Source: a virus
Taxonomy: Duplodnaviria; Caudoviricetes
Virus record (IMG/VR): IMGVR_UViG_3300044478_000026
Location: 1 to 52,875 of that record
Length of the DNA stretch: 52,875 bases
Reading direction: 5' to 3' (one strand)
Shown here: one piece after another, positions 44,445 through 52,652 of the stretch
Layout of the letters: every line of letters begins with the position of its first letter
Position numbering within the stretch: position 1 is the first letter of the stretch
Position numbers and translations under genes: made by a program
Notes under the pieces: model-generated
What the model saw: the letters and a program-made list of their open reading frames with translations, nothing else
The model's database searches: none
Told to the model about the DNA's origin: nothing

Positions 44445-45752
44445 ATGAAGCTCGAACTGACCATCAAGACCGATTACCTCCCGAACTGGGGCGTGTGGCA
44501 GGGGCTGCGCGAGCTGGTGCAGAACGCGCGGGACGCGGAGCTGGAGCTGGGCGCTCCCATGACGGTGGACTGGTACAACGACACCCTCCGCATCGAGAAC
44601 GACGGCGCGATCCTGCCGCACGAGGCGCTCCTGCTCGGCCACACCACGAAAGTGGGCCGCGAGGAGTTGATTGGTCGCTTCGGCGAGGGTCTGAAGCTGG
44701 GCATCCTCGCGCTCGTGCGTGCTGGGATGCCGGTCAAGATTCGGAGCGGCTCCGAGGTCTGGGTGCCGACCATCCAGCGCAGCGAGAAGTTCAACGCCGA
44801 CGTGCTGGTGTTCGACGTGCAGGGCGGGCGCAAGCCGGAGAACCGGGTCCGCATCGAGGTCGGCGGCGTCTCCAAGGATGTGTGGGAGGGCGCGAAGTGG
44901 AAGTTCCGGTTCCTCAGCAAGGACTCGGAGAACACCGCCGTCTCCACGCCCAGCGGGACGCTGCTTCTCGGTGAGAAGATGAAGGGTCACATCTTCATGA
45001 AGGGCATCTACGTCTCGACCGACGCGAAGCTGGAGTACGGCTACGACCTCGCGCGCGGGGAACTCGACCGCGACCGCAAGATGGTGGACCAGTACGACTT
45101 CATGTTCCGGGCGCGGGACATCCTCGCGGAGGCGAATGCCAAGCGCCCTGACCTGCTCTCCGGCTTCGTCGCTGCGCTGGAGAAGGGCTCGCCGGACGTG
45201 CGCGGCTTCGACACGTACTCGTACGTCCCGGCGGAGGTGAAGCAGGCTGTGGCGGCGGACTTCACGACCAAGCACGGCAAGGACGCGGTGCCGGTGCGCA
45301 CGCTGGGCGAGTCGAAGGACCTCGACCACCTCGGCAAGAAGGGCGTCGTCGTCGGCGAGGCGCTCGCCAACGTGCTGGCGTCCGCGCTGCCTTCGGCGGC
45401 GGAGGTGAAGGAGGCGCTCAAGGAGGAGACCCTCGCGCGCTACGGCTGGTCCGACCTGACCGAGGTGGAGCGTCAGAACCTGACCGAAGCCATCGACCTC
45501 ATCAACGCCTCTGGCGTCGCCAAGGCGTCTCTCGACCACATCGACGTCGTGGACTTCCGGTCCCCGGACTTGCTCGGGCTCTTCAAGGGCGGGCGCACCC
45601 TGCTCTCGCGGAAGCGCCTCTCTGACCGCAACGTCAGCCTCATGACGTTGGTCCACGAGGTGGCGCACCACGCAGGCGAGGACGGTGCCAAGGACCACGT
45701 CGCTGCTGTCGAGGCGATCTGGAGCGGGATTGTGGCGTCCCTGCGGAAGTAG
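44445..45752 (+). CDS. GHKL ATPase fused to C-terminal HExxH metallopeptidase-like domain
   Basis: LRELVQNARD, ENDG, LLGHTTK, IGRFGEGLK; C-terminal TLVHEVAH. Confidence 0.85.
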   Translation: MKLELTIKTDYLPNWGVWQGLRELVQNARDAELELGAPMTVDWYNDTLRIENDGAILPHEALLLGHTTKVGREELIGRFGEGLKLGILALVRAGMPVKIRSGSEVWVPTIQRSEKFNADVLVFDVQGGRKPENRVRIEVGGVSKDVWEGAKWKFRFLSKDSENTAVSTPSGTLLLGEKMKGHIFMKGIYVSTDAKLEYGYDLARGELDRDRKMVDQYDFMFRARDILAEANAKRPDLLSGFVAALEKGSPDVRGFDTYSYVPAEVKQAVAADFTTKHGKDAVPVRTLGESKDLDHLGKKGVVVGEALANVLASALPSAAEVKEALKEETLARYGWSDLTEVERQNLTEAIDLINASGVAKASLDHIDVVDFRSPDLLGLFKGGRTLLSRKRLSDRNVSLMTLVHEVAHHAGEDGAKDHVAAVEAIWSGIVASLRK

Positions 45753-45944
45753 TCAGCGCCCCCGGTAGGGCACCCGCGCGTTCAACCACTGCCTGCGGCG
45801 CTCGCATGGGCCGCAGGGCTTGATGCCTACCGCCTTCGTCACCTTGGCGATGGTGTCACCGAGACCCTTCGAGGGCTCGGGCTTCCGAAGCTCCTGCTTT
45901 GCCTCGGCGATCTGGAGCATCTGCTCCCGAGTTTTCTCGTCCAT
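45753..45944 (-). CDS. Small phage protein (GLGDTIAKVT...CGPCERRRQWLN)
   Basis: Recognisable phage motif; TACTCT 7 nt upstream of ATG. Confidence 0.7.
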   Translation of the reverse strand: MDEKTREQMLQIAEAKQELRKPEPSKGLGDTIAKVTKAVGIKPCGPCERRRQWLNARVPYRGR

Positions 45945-45964
45945 GCGCCCGAGAGTACCAGCCC

Positions 45965-45978
45965 GGACCATGTGGTCC
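45965..45978. promoter_or_regulatory. Dispersed palindromic motif copy 6
   Basis: GGACCATGTGGTCC directly after a stop codon. Confidence 0.65.
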
Positions 45979-46445
45979 TAGCGGGCGCGACCGTTCCGCA
46001 GCTCCAGCAGTGCCTCGCGGACGATGACGGCGTCGATGCGCAGCACCTCGGCGATGTCCGTGGCGGAGACAGGCTCGTCCTGATTCAGCCGCTTCAGGTA
46101 CTCGAACACCCGCGCCTTCATCTGCGAGTTGGGGTTGGTAGGCGCGGCACGAGGCGGAGGCATCCCCGGCAGCGCCACACCGGGCGGAAGCTCCGGTCCA
46201 TCCACGGGTCCTCCGAACCCGCCCGGAACGGGCTGTACGGGCTGCACAGGAGCCGCCACCGCCGCCGAGACCGTTCCCACCAGCCCGGCGATGAGCTTGG
46301 CGTGTTCCGCCAGCAGAGGCATCAGCTCCGCCTCCAGCGCCAGCACCCTGCCCTGCGCTTCGTCTCGCACCGCCCGCGCCTTGGAAAGCTCGGTGCTGAT
46401 GCGCGCGATGTTCGTCCCCAGTTCGACCAGCTTGCTTGCGTCCAT
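45978..46445 (-). CDS. Coiled-coil / Pro-rich / wHTH protein
   Basis: RVFEYLK...VSATDIAEVLRIDAVIVREALLEL. Confidence 0.7.
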   Translation of the reverse strand: MDASKLVELGTNIARISTELSKARAVRDEAQGRVLALEAELMPLLAEHAKLIAGLVGTVSAAVAAPVQPVQPVPGGFGGPVDGPELPPGVALPGMPPPRAAPTNPNSQMKARVFEYLKRLNQDEPVSATDIAEVLRIDAVIVREALLELRNGRAR

Positions 46446-46483
46446 TGGTTCCCTCGTCCGTGGAGGACGGTTCTATACCTCAA

Positions 46484-46690
46484 CTACGCAGTAGGCGTCA
46501 TGTAGACGACGATGCGGGGGTTGAGCCCGTAGTGCCAGACCACTTCCTCGACGCGGTAGCGCCCGTTCGGGAGCGGGGTCGGTCCGCGCATGTTCATCTC
46601 CCACTCGACGATGCCGCCCTTGGTCGGGACCGGGTAGTGGGCGGAGTCGAGGGTCGCTTCGACGTCGGGAGTGCAGAAGTAGATGATCAT
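46484..46690 (-). CDS. Hypothetical protein
   Basis: ATGA coupling. Confidence 0.6.
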   Translation of the reverse strand: MIIYFCTPDVEATLDSAHYPVPTKGGIVEWEMNMRGPTPLPNGRYRVEEVVWHYGLNPRIVVYMTPTA

Positions 46691-47001
46691 CGGGTCTTCC
46701 GGGCCTTCTTCTTCTTCGTGGCCGGGCCGCTCCCCCAACCCGTGAGGTGACAGAACTCCGTGTAGACGGCGGTGTCCTGTCGCGGCGAGCCCGCGCCCAA
46801 GAACGAGCCGAGGACCTTGTGGACCACGTTCGCCAGCAGCACCGCCTTCACCTTGGGCGGAAGCAGGTGCCAGTTGTCGGGCCACCCCACGGACGTCCGC
46901 GTCGTGACCTTCTCCAGTTCGGCCTCCCCCTCAGCCTTCGGTACGCCGACCACCGTCGGGTACGCCGTGGAGATGCTCAACGTCTTCCGGTTGAACTTCA
47001 T
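46687..47001 (-). CDS. Hypothetical protein
   Basis: ATGA coupling; GAGG SD. Confidence 0.65.
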   Translation of the reverse strand: MKFNRKTLSISTAYPTVVGVPKAEGEAELEKVTTRTSVGWPDNWHLLPPKVKAVLLANVVHKVLGSFLGAGSPRQDTAVYTEFCHLTGWGSGPATKKKKARKTR

Positions 47002-47354
47002 GCCTCACCATTGCTTTCCGGCGTGAACTCCACGCTCTTGTAGTCGCAGTAGCACCGCCCCGAGTGCCCGGCGGGCAGACAGCAGGTGTACGCCATGATG
47101 GGGACGGCTCCGCCGCACTTCACCCGGACCTCCCAGAAGGGCGTGTCGCCGATGCGGGCAGACGCTCCCGGCGGCAGCTTCGACTTCACCAGCGCTCGCA
47201 CAGCGTTCGTCAGTTCAACCTCCAACGGGGTCCGGTAGTGCCCCAAGGGACACTTCTCGTCGGAGCAGGGGAACTTGTCGCAGCGGTGCGCGGGCTCTCG
47301 GCGCTCGAACGGCTGCCTCGTCTTCCGGCGCGCGACACGCTCCTTGTAGCTCAC
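46998..47354 (-). CDS. Cys/His-rich hypothetical protein
   Basis: GTGA coupling; CCLPAGHSGRC. Confidence 0.6.
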   Translation of the reverse strand: MSYKERVARRKTRQPFERREPAHRCDKFPCSDEKCPLGHYRTPLEVELTNAVRALVKSKLPPGASARIGDTPFWEVRVKCGGAVPIMAYTCCLPAGHSGRCYCDYKSVEFTPESNGEA

Positions 47355-48355
47355 GAGTCCCCGTCCTTCTTCGGCGGCGCAGGCAGGAGGTCGATGGGCG
47401 GGGCGACCTTCGCACCCATCAGCCGCTCCAGACCGACCTGCTGGAGCGTCTTCTGCGCGAACGCCTCGATCTCCGTCTTCCCCTCGGCCACGATGTGCTC
47501 GATGCGCTCGTGCATCTGCTTGGCGATGAAGGGCATGGACTCCGTCAGCTTCCGTCGCGCGGAGTGGATGCGGTCCCGCAGGTCCTCGCGCTTCGCCTTC
47601 GTCGGAGCCTTGTCCGCGAGCAGAGCCGTCGCCAGCTCCTCCGCCTCCGCGAGCAGAGCCGCCGCCTTCTCCTGCGCCTGCTTGATGTCCTCGTGGAACT
47701 TCTCCACCTCGACCTGCTGAGGGCACTCAGGCATCTGCTGCCCGCCGACGTAGGCGAGGGTGCAGGGCACGCCCTCTCCGTTTCCGACAGAGGAGAGCAG
47801 CCGCGCCCACTGCGCCTCGGACAACCCGATTTCGAGGAGCCGCACCTCACCCGCCGTGCTGGCGCGGTCGTTCGAGAGCCCCCGGTGCTTCACCGCACGC
47901 TGAACGGTGAGGCGCATCGAGTGCTGGTGCGTGAAGGGACTCATGAAGAGTGACTGGGAGCCCTGAATCCGACCGACCGTGACGACCCCGTAGCTGGGGT
48001 GCCGCTCCGGCTCCCAGTCGTCGTCGTGGGCCGACCGCTTCAGGTTCTCCTCGTAGCGGCGGTCGAACTCCGTCGCCACCTTCGTCCAGTCGGGCGGCAT
48101 GTCCACGACCGTCCGCACCTTGCAGAAGTCGAGGTGCTTCCAGCCCTTGGTCTGGTACGGCTGCGCGTGTCCGCTGAGTCCGAGTCCACCGTCGGCCTCG
48201 ATGAAGGCGTAGTTGATGGTCTGGCTGTAGGTCGTGCCGTCGCCCCCGACGTTGGTGATGAGCGCGGGACGAAGCTCCTCGCCCGCCTCACCCTTCACCG
48301 GAATGGCAACGACCTGTCCTTCCTCGAACGTCGTGTCCTCGCTCTTGCGCGGCAT
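47351..48355 (-). CDS. Hypothetical protein
   Basis: AGGAGG SD; EIGLSEAQWARLLSSVGNGEGVPCTL motif. Confidence 0.8.
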   Translation of the reverse strand: MPRKSEDTTFEEGQVVAIPVKGEAGEELRPALITNVGGDGTTYSQTINYAFIEADGGLGLSGHAQPYQTKGWKHLDFCKVRTVVDMPPDWTKVATEFDRRYEENLKRSAHDDDWEPERHPSYGVVTVGRIQGSQSLFMSPFTHQHSMRLTVQRAVKHRGLSNDRASTAGEVRLLEIGLSEAQWARLLSSVGNGEGVPCTLAYVGGQQMPECPQQVEVEKFHEDIKQAQEKAAALLAEAEELATALLADKAPTKAKREDLRDRIHSARRKLTESMPFIAKQMHERIEHIVAEGKTEIEAFAQKTLQQVGLERLMGAKVAPPIDLLPAPPKKDGDS

Positions 48356-48372
48356 CCTGCCTCCTTGGAGGA

Positions 48373-48401
48373 CAGGTAGTAGCAAGCAGCAGGATTGTCA
48401 A
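48373..48401 (-). promoter_or_regulatory. Promoter TTGACA-N17-TACCTG
   Basis: Repeated family; -35 contains the upstream stop codon. Confidence 0.7.
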
Positions 48402-48826
48402 TCGTCCTTCGACAAGGCGTAGTGCCGCTTCTTGTCGTAGCCGGGCAGCTTGCGCGCGAGTGCCACGAGCTTCTCCCGCGCCTGACGGTACGTAGCTCGC
48501 GCTTCGGACTCCGCGTGCTCCAGCGCCCGCAGCGCCCGCTGCATGTCGGCGTCGATGCTGCGCGTCAGCGCCTCGACCTCCTTGAACTCCGGGAGGTCGC
48601 GCACGTCGGAGTCGCGCGCAGTCCGGGGCGGCAGGACGACGGGGTTCGGACCGAAGCGGTCCACGCCAGTTTCCCACCAGCGCTCCTTCGCGTAGTCGTC
48701 CCAGTCGTCCACGAACGTCTCGATGCTGCCGAGCAGCTCGGAGCGCGCCTCCGCGACGAAGTCGTCTTCGGTCTCGTCGTCCATGTTCGCCTCGACCAGC
48801 TTCAGCATCTGCTCGCGGATGTTCAT
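48398..48826 (-). CDS. Hypothetical protein
   Basis: GAGGA SD. Confidence 0.7.
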   Translation of the reverse strand: MNIREQMLKLVEANMDDETEDDFVAEARSELLGSIETFVDDWDDYAKERWWETGVDRFGPNPVVLPPRTARDSDVRDLPEFKEVEALTRSIDADMQRALRALEHAESEARATYRQAREKLVALARKLPGYDKKRHYALSKDD

Positions 48827-48862
48827 GTGTTCCTCGACTCCGAGACTACGCGGCGCTGACAG

Positions 48863-49261
48863 CTACGCGCTAGCGGACTGCGTGGGCATCAGGTACTTCG
48901 TCTTGAAGTCCTTCCAGAACGGACCCGTGACGGGGTCGCTGAAGTGCGACTCCGCCAGCTTCACGGCGTTGCGGTCGAACGCCCAGCCGAACGCGACGTG
49001 TGGCTCGACCTGCTCGTGCGCCTTCCTCGCCTTCCAGCACGCGACGTATTCTGCGACACGCGGCAACGTGTCGTCGTTCTCCGCGCGCGTTGCGAGGTCG
49101 CGCATCCACGCGCGCAGGCGCGCGCACTCCGGGCACCCGAAAGTCACGGGTCCGTTGTCACTCGGCTCGGTCCTGACTGATCCGCTCGCCTCCGTCGTCT
49201 CCTCCGGCGTCAGCGTCCTGTCAGGCTTCTCGAAGTCCCACACCGGCTTTGGGTAGTCCAT
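48863..49261 (-). CDS. Hypothetical protein
   Basis: TGATG coupling. Confidence 0.65.
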   Translation of the reverse strand: MDYPKPVWDFEKPDRTLTPEETTEASGSVRTEPSDNGPVTFGCPECARLRAWMRDLATRAENDDTLPRVAEYVACWKARKAHEQVEPHVAFGWAFDRNAVKLAESHFSDPVTGPFWKDFKTKYLMPTQSASA

Positions 49262-49617
49262 CAGTCGTAGTCTCGCTCGTACTCGCGCTCGCGCGCCATG
49301 TCGGCGCGGTCCTCCATCGCAGCTTCATACCGCGCCTCGTCTTCGTCACGCGCGGCGTCGCAGATTCTCTCCTCCAGCGACTCGAAGGTCTTCTCGTCGA
49401 TTTCGTCCTCCGCGATGACGCGCCCGCCCTTCTTGTCCTCGGTGATGCTGAGAACCTCCACCTCCTCGGGGTCGCCCGGATAGCCGGGGTCACCGTTCGA
49501 CAGGTAGAACACGTCCGGCGTCGCCGGGGAGTACGAGTACTCGACCACCACGTCCACCTCCGCCCCGTTCTTCAGTTCGATGGTGGTGCTGAAGCTCGAC
49601 TTGAGCGGCTTGCGCAT
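49261..49617 (-). CDS. Acidic phage hypothetical protein (GDPGYPGDPEEVE)
   Basis: AGGAGG 6 nt before ATG 49617. Confidence 0.75.
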   Translation of the reverse strand: MRKPLKSSFSTTIELKNGAEVDVVVEYSYSPATPDVFYLSNGDPGYPGDPEEVEVLSITEDKKGGRVIAEDEIDEKTFESLEERICDAARDEDEARYEAAMEDRADMAREREYERDYD

Positions 49618-49634
49618 GTGCATCCTCCTGCGTG

Positions 49635-49663
49635 GAGGTATCAACCAAGAAAGGGATTGTCAA
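49635..49663 (-). promoter_or_regulatory. Promoter TTGACA-N17-TACCTC
   Basis: Repeated family. Confidence 0.7.
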
Positions 49664-49665
49664 AG

Positions 49666-49938
49666 TCAGCCCTCATCGCCCGGCAGCTTCTTGATGTCGC
49701 GGACGAGCGCCTGCATCAGGCGTCGCGTGTTGGGGAACTTCTTGAGGTGGTTCGGCTGACGTCGGAAGTAGCTCCGCACGAAGATGGTCGAGTCCACCGT
49801 CTTCGGGCGCGCGTAGGAACCGTTCGCCTCCCAGAGCTTCGAGACTCGCTCCGCGCGCGCCTTGGCGCAGTCCGCGCAGTCACAGCACTTCGCGTGACCG
49901 TTGAACCCGAGGCTGTAGGGCTTGTTGTCGGACTTCAT
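49666..49938 (-). CDS. Hypothetical protein (H..CCDCADC)
   Basis: ATGA coupling. Confidence 0.6.
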   Translation of the reverse strand: MKSDNKPYSLGFNGHAKCCDCADCAKARAERVSKLWEANGSYARPKTVDSTIFVRSYFRRQPNHLKKFPNTRRLMQALVRDIKKLPGDEG

Positions 49939-50135
49939 GACTGCACCAGCATCGGCATGAGGAGCATCCGCATCTGCGAGTCGGGCTGGATGACCTCGGT
50001 GTCCCGACCCTCGCGCTCGATGCGCTCGTCGAGGAACTTCACGGCGCGGCACTGCTTCCCGCCAATCGCCGCGCACAGGTCTCGGTACTCGCCCAGCGTC
50101 GCCGGGCACTCGTTGCCTTCTTCGTCCTTCCGCAT
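49935..50135 (-). CDS. Hypothetical protein
   Basis: GAGGAGG SD. Confidence 0.7.
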   Translation of the reverse strand: MRKDEEGNECPATLGEYRDLCAAIGGKQCRAVKFLDERIEREGRDTEVIQPDSQMRMLLMPMLVQS

Positions 50136-50144
50136 GTCGCCTCC

Positions 50145-50588
50145 TCAGTCCATGTCGTCGTAGAACTCGCCTGCGTTGATGGCGTCCGGCACGAGCGCGA
50201 GGGTTCCGCCCTCCACCACGTCCACGTAGCTCCAGTTCCGCCGAGGGGAGAGGGTACGCACGAAGAGGTGACCATCCTTCTCCAGCGCCCACACCGGCAC
50301 GTTGAAGTGGTCCCAGACCGGAGCAGTGCCCTTCACCCAGAGGCGGATGTTCATCGTGTTGCTGGTGCCTCCGGGGTGCGAGGGGTCCAGCCCGCTCCGG
50401 TTGAAGCCCTTGGGGAGCCCGAGCGCGATGTGACCGACACCCAAGATGCTGGTGCCGAGGACGTGGGACTGGCACGTCGCGCCGTACTGCTCGTGCGGCT
50501 TGAACTTGCCGCACTTCGTGTCGCTGCCGCACACGCAGCCGGGGCACTGGAACTGCTCGATCATCGTCTTGGCGTGGTTGTCTCTCAC
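50145..50588 (-). CDS. Cys-rich hypothetical protein
   Basis: GAGGA SD; FQCPGCVCG. Confidence 0.75.
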   Translation of the reverse strand: MRDNHAKTMIEQFQCPGCVCGSDTKCGKFKPHEQYGATCQSHVLGTSILGVGHIALGLPKGFNRSGLDPSHPGGTSNTMNIRLWVKGTAPVWDHFNVPVWALEKDGHLFVRTLSPRRNWSYVDVVEGGTLALVPDAINAGEFYDDMD

Positions 50589-50596
50589 GGTCGTCC

Positions 50597-50776
50597 TCAG
50601 CGTTCGGAGGTGGCCTGCTGCACGTCTTCCCTGAACTCCCGAGCCCGGCGCTCCGCTTGTTCCCGCGTCGCACCGTAGAACCGGGCGTAGAGCAGCCCTC
50701 GGCTGTCGAGCACCGTCACGGTCCAGCCGGAGCGGCTGTCAGGGTGATGCTTCTGTTCCGCAGGAAGGATGCGCAT
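50597..50776 (-). CDS. Hypothetical 59-aa protein (not in track)
   Basis: MRILPAEQKHH...FYGATREQAERRAREF...; fills the gap in operon orientation. Confidence 0.55.
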   Translation of the reverse strand: MRILPAEQKHHPDSRSGWTVTVLDSRGLLYARFYGATREQAERRAREFREDVQQATSER

Positions 50777-50780
50777 GGGT

Positions 50781-51077
50781 TCAGGGCGCGAAGAGGCGAC
50801 GCATCCCCTCCAGCGTCCCGCCGTAGCGGTAGAGGCTCACCAGCATGTCGCGGTTGGGCGCGAGCCGCTCGTCCCAGCCGATGCGAATGGACGCGATGTG
50901 CTCGGGGTCAGTCAGGCGCTCGCTCTCGATGCGCTCGATGCACCGGTTGAAGCGAACGACCTCCTTCGTGTTGATGCCCTGCCTGATGATCCGGCAGGAC
51001 GCGGCGTAGCTCGCCAGCGACTCCGCCTCGCTCACCACCTCAGCTCCGGTCATCTCCTCGACGGTCTTCCAGCCCAT
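50781..51077 (-). CDS. Hypothetical protein
   Basis: GGAGG SD, ATG 51077. Confidence 0.65.
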   Translation of the reverse strand: MGWKTVEEMTGAEVVSEAESLASYAASCRIIRQGINTKEVVRFNRCIERIESERLTDPEHIASIRIGWDERLAPNRDMLVSLYRYGGTLEGMRRLFAP

Positions 51078-51096
51078 GCGTGCCACCTCCGCATGG

Positions 51097-51125
51097 CAGA
51101 TAGTAACAAGACAGGGGATTGTCAA
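51097..51125 (-). promoter_or_regulatory. Promoter TTGACA-N17-TATCTG
   Basis: Repeated family. Confidence 0.7.
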
Positions 51126-51126
51126 C

Positions 51127-51140
51127 GGACCATGTGGTCC
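51127..51140. promoter_or_regulatory. Dispersed palindromic motif copy 7
   Basis: GGACCATGTGGTCC between a stop codon and the -35 (1 bp gap). Confidence 0.7.
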
Positions 51141-51436
51141 TACTCGGTCAGCTCCGCTTCCAGCCCGTACCCGAGCTTCTCTTCAGCGATGCGCCGCGCG
51201 CGCTCCACGAGCCTCGCTTGAAGCGCTTCGTCTTTCACCAGCCCCGTCACGTTCAGGTGGACGAAGTACACCGCGAGCAGGCTCGCCGCCTCCAGCTCGT
51301 CGTACTCCCGCACCTCCAGCAGGTCGCCTCGCGCGCGCTGGGAAATCTCCAGCCCCTTTGCCACGTTCACGCTGGTGTAGTTCGAGTGGTAGAGCGCAGC
51401 GGACTTCTTGAGCTGCTTCTGCTCGATGTACTTCAC
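51140..51436 (-). CDS. Hypothetical protein
   Basis: GTGA coupling; GGAG SD. Confidence 0.65.
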   Translation of the reverse strand: MKYIEQKQLKKSAALYHSNYTSVNVAKGLEISQRARGDLLEVREYDELEAASLLAVYFVHLNVTGLVKDEALQARLVERARRIAEEKLGYGLEAELTE

Positions 51437-51639
51437 GACTTCTCCGTGCCGTTCAGAAGCTCCAGCCGCCTGCGATTGATGAAGTCCGTCAGCGCCGAAC
51501 GAAGCAGCGCCGATAGGCGCGTGTCCTTGTGTTGACGGAACCATTCGACTCGCCGGAACTCAGGTGAGGCTTCCCACGCGATTTCATGCTCGCGGCAAAG
51601 CACGGCAGTGCCGGAGGGGGTGGGACAGAGGATGCACAT
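51433..51639 (-). CDS. Small Zn-finger protein
   Basis: MCILC...LCREH. Confidence 0.65.
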   Translation of the reverse strand: MCILCPTPSGTAVLCREHEIAWEASPEFRRVEWFRQHKDTRLSALLRSALTDFINRRRLELLNGTEKS

Positions 51640-51642
51640 GGT

Positions 51643-52119
51643 TCACTTCGAGGGTTGGTTGACCGCGTACGAGAGCGTCACCGTCAGGACGCACCCGACC
51701 AGAAAGCCGCCCAGCATCCCAACCGCCGGACCGTGCTGCTGCCACCAGCCGGGCTCGGCCTTCTTCAGCGCCTCGTCCGCCGCCTTCAGGCGAGCCTCGT
51801 ACAGCTCCCGGTGTGCCTGCCAGAGCATCCGGTCGGACTCGTAGTTCCGCCGAAGCTCCGGGTAGCGGATGCGGAACGTCGCGTCACGGGCAGCTCTCGC
51901 CTCGGACACGAGGATGCCGCTCCGAGAAAGCTCCTCGCCCTTCTCCGCCGGGATGACCCACTCCCCCGGCGGCGTCCCCGGAGGCAGGGGCTCCGTCGCG
52001 GGGTCGGGAGGCAGGGCGCGGTCCTCCACCCGCTTCTCGATTGCCACCGTCGGAACGTAGGCGGAAGGCGTCGCACAGCCGATGAGGAACACGAGACTCA
52101 GGGAGATGAACGCGCGCAT
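51643..52119 (-). CDS. Lipoprotein with C-terminal TM segment, spanin candidate
   Basis: Signal MRAFISLSLVFLIG-C; Pro-rich linker; C-terminal AVGMLGGFLVGCVLTVTLSYAV. Confidence 0.7.
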   Translation of the reverse strand: MRAFISLSLVFLIGCATPSAYVPTVAIEKRVEDRALPPDPATEPLPPGTPPGEWVIPAEKGEELSRSGILVSEARAARDATFRIRYPELRRNYESDRMLWQAHRELYEARLKAADEALKKAEPGWWQQHGPAVGMLGGFLVGCVLTVTLSYAVNQPSK

Positions 52120-52127
52120 CGGTCCCC

Positions 52128-52652
52128 TCACTTCTTCGGAGCGTACTGCTGAACCATGTCTTCGTACTTCGCGGGGAGCGACACGGCGTCGGCGCGGGAC
52201 TTCACCCGCTTCAGATTCATCCGAAGCGCGTCGTGAAGACCGTCGCCGTCGCCCTCCACGCCCGCGTCAGGCGTACCAGCGTCGGCGGCTCCGACAGCAG
52301 ATTCGGGGAGCAGCGGCGGGCGCACAGGAACCGCCGTCGGAAGGGGCGGACGCCCTCCGACTCGCTCCTCCGCCACGATGAGCTTCAGCGCTTCGCGGAG
52401 CACCCGAACCTCTCCCTCCAGCGCAAAGAGCAGGTGCTTGGTCTCCTCCAGCTCTCTTTGCTGCCCCTCGAAGTCCTTCTGCTGCGCCTCGAAGGCGGTA
52501 CGCAGCGCCGTGTACGCCGCCGCGCCCTGAGCCTCGGACTCCACCTGTGACTTCTTGTAGGAGGCGAAGCCAGAGATGGCGGCTGGAAGCGCCACGAGGG
52601 CAATCTTCCCAGCCCAGCTCCACGCCTTGCGCTCACGTTCTGACATCGTCAT
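52128..52652 (-). CDS. N-terminal TM plus coiled-coil protein (i-spanin-like)
   Basis: IALVALPAAISGFASY followed by a long heptad region; directly upstream of the lipoprotein gene. Confidence 0.6.
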   Translation of the reverse strand: MTMSERERKAWSWAGKIALVALPAAISGFASYKKSQVESEAQGAAAYTALRTAFEAQQKDFEGQQRELEETKHLLFALEGEVRVLREALKLIVAEERVGGRPPLPTAVPVRPPLLPESAVGAADAGTPDAGVEGDGDGLHDALRMNLKRVKSRADAVSLPAKYEDMVQQYAPKK

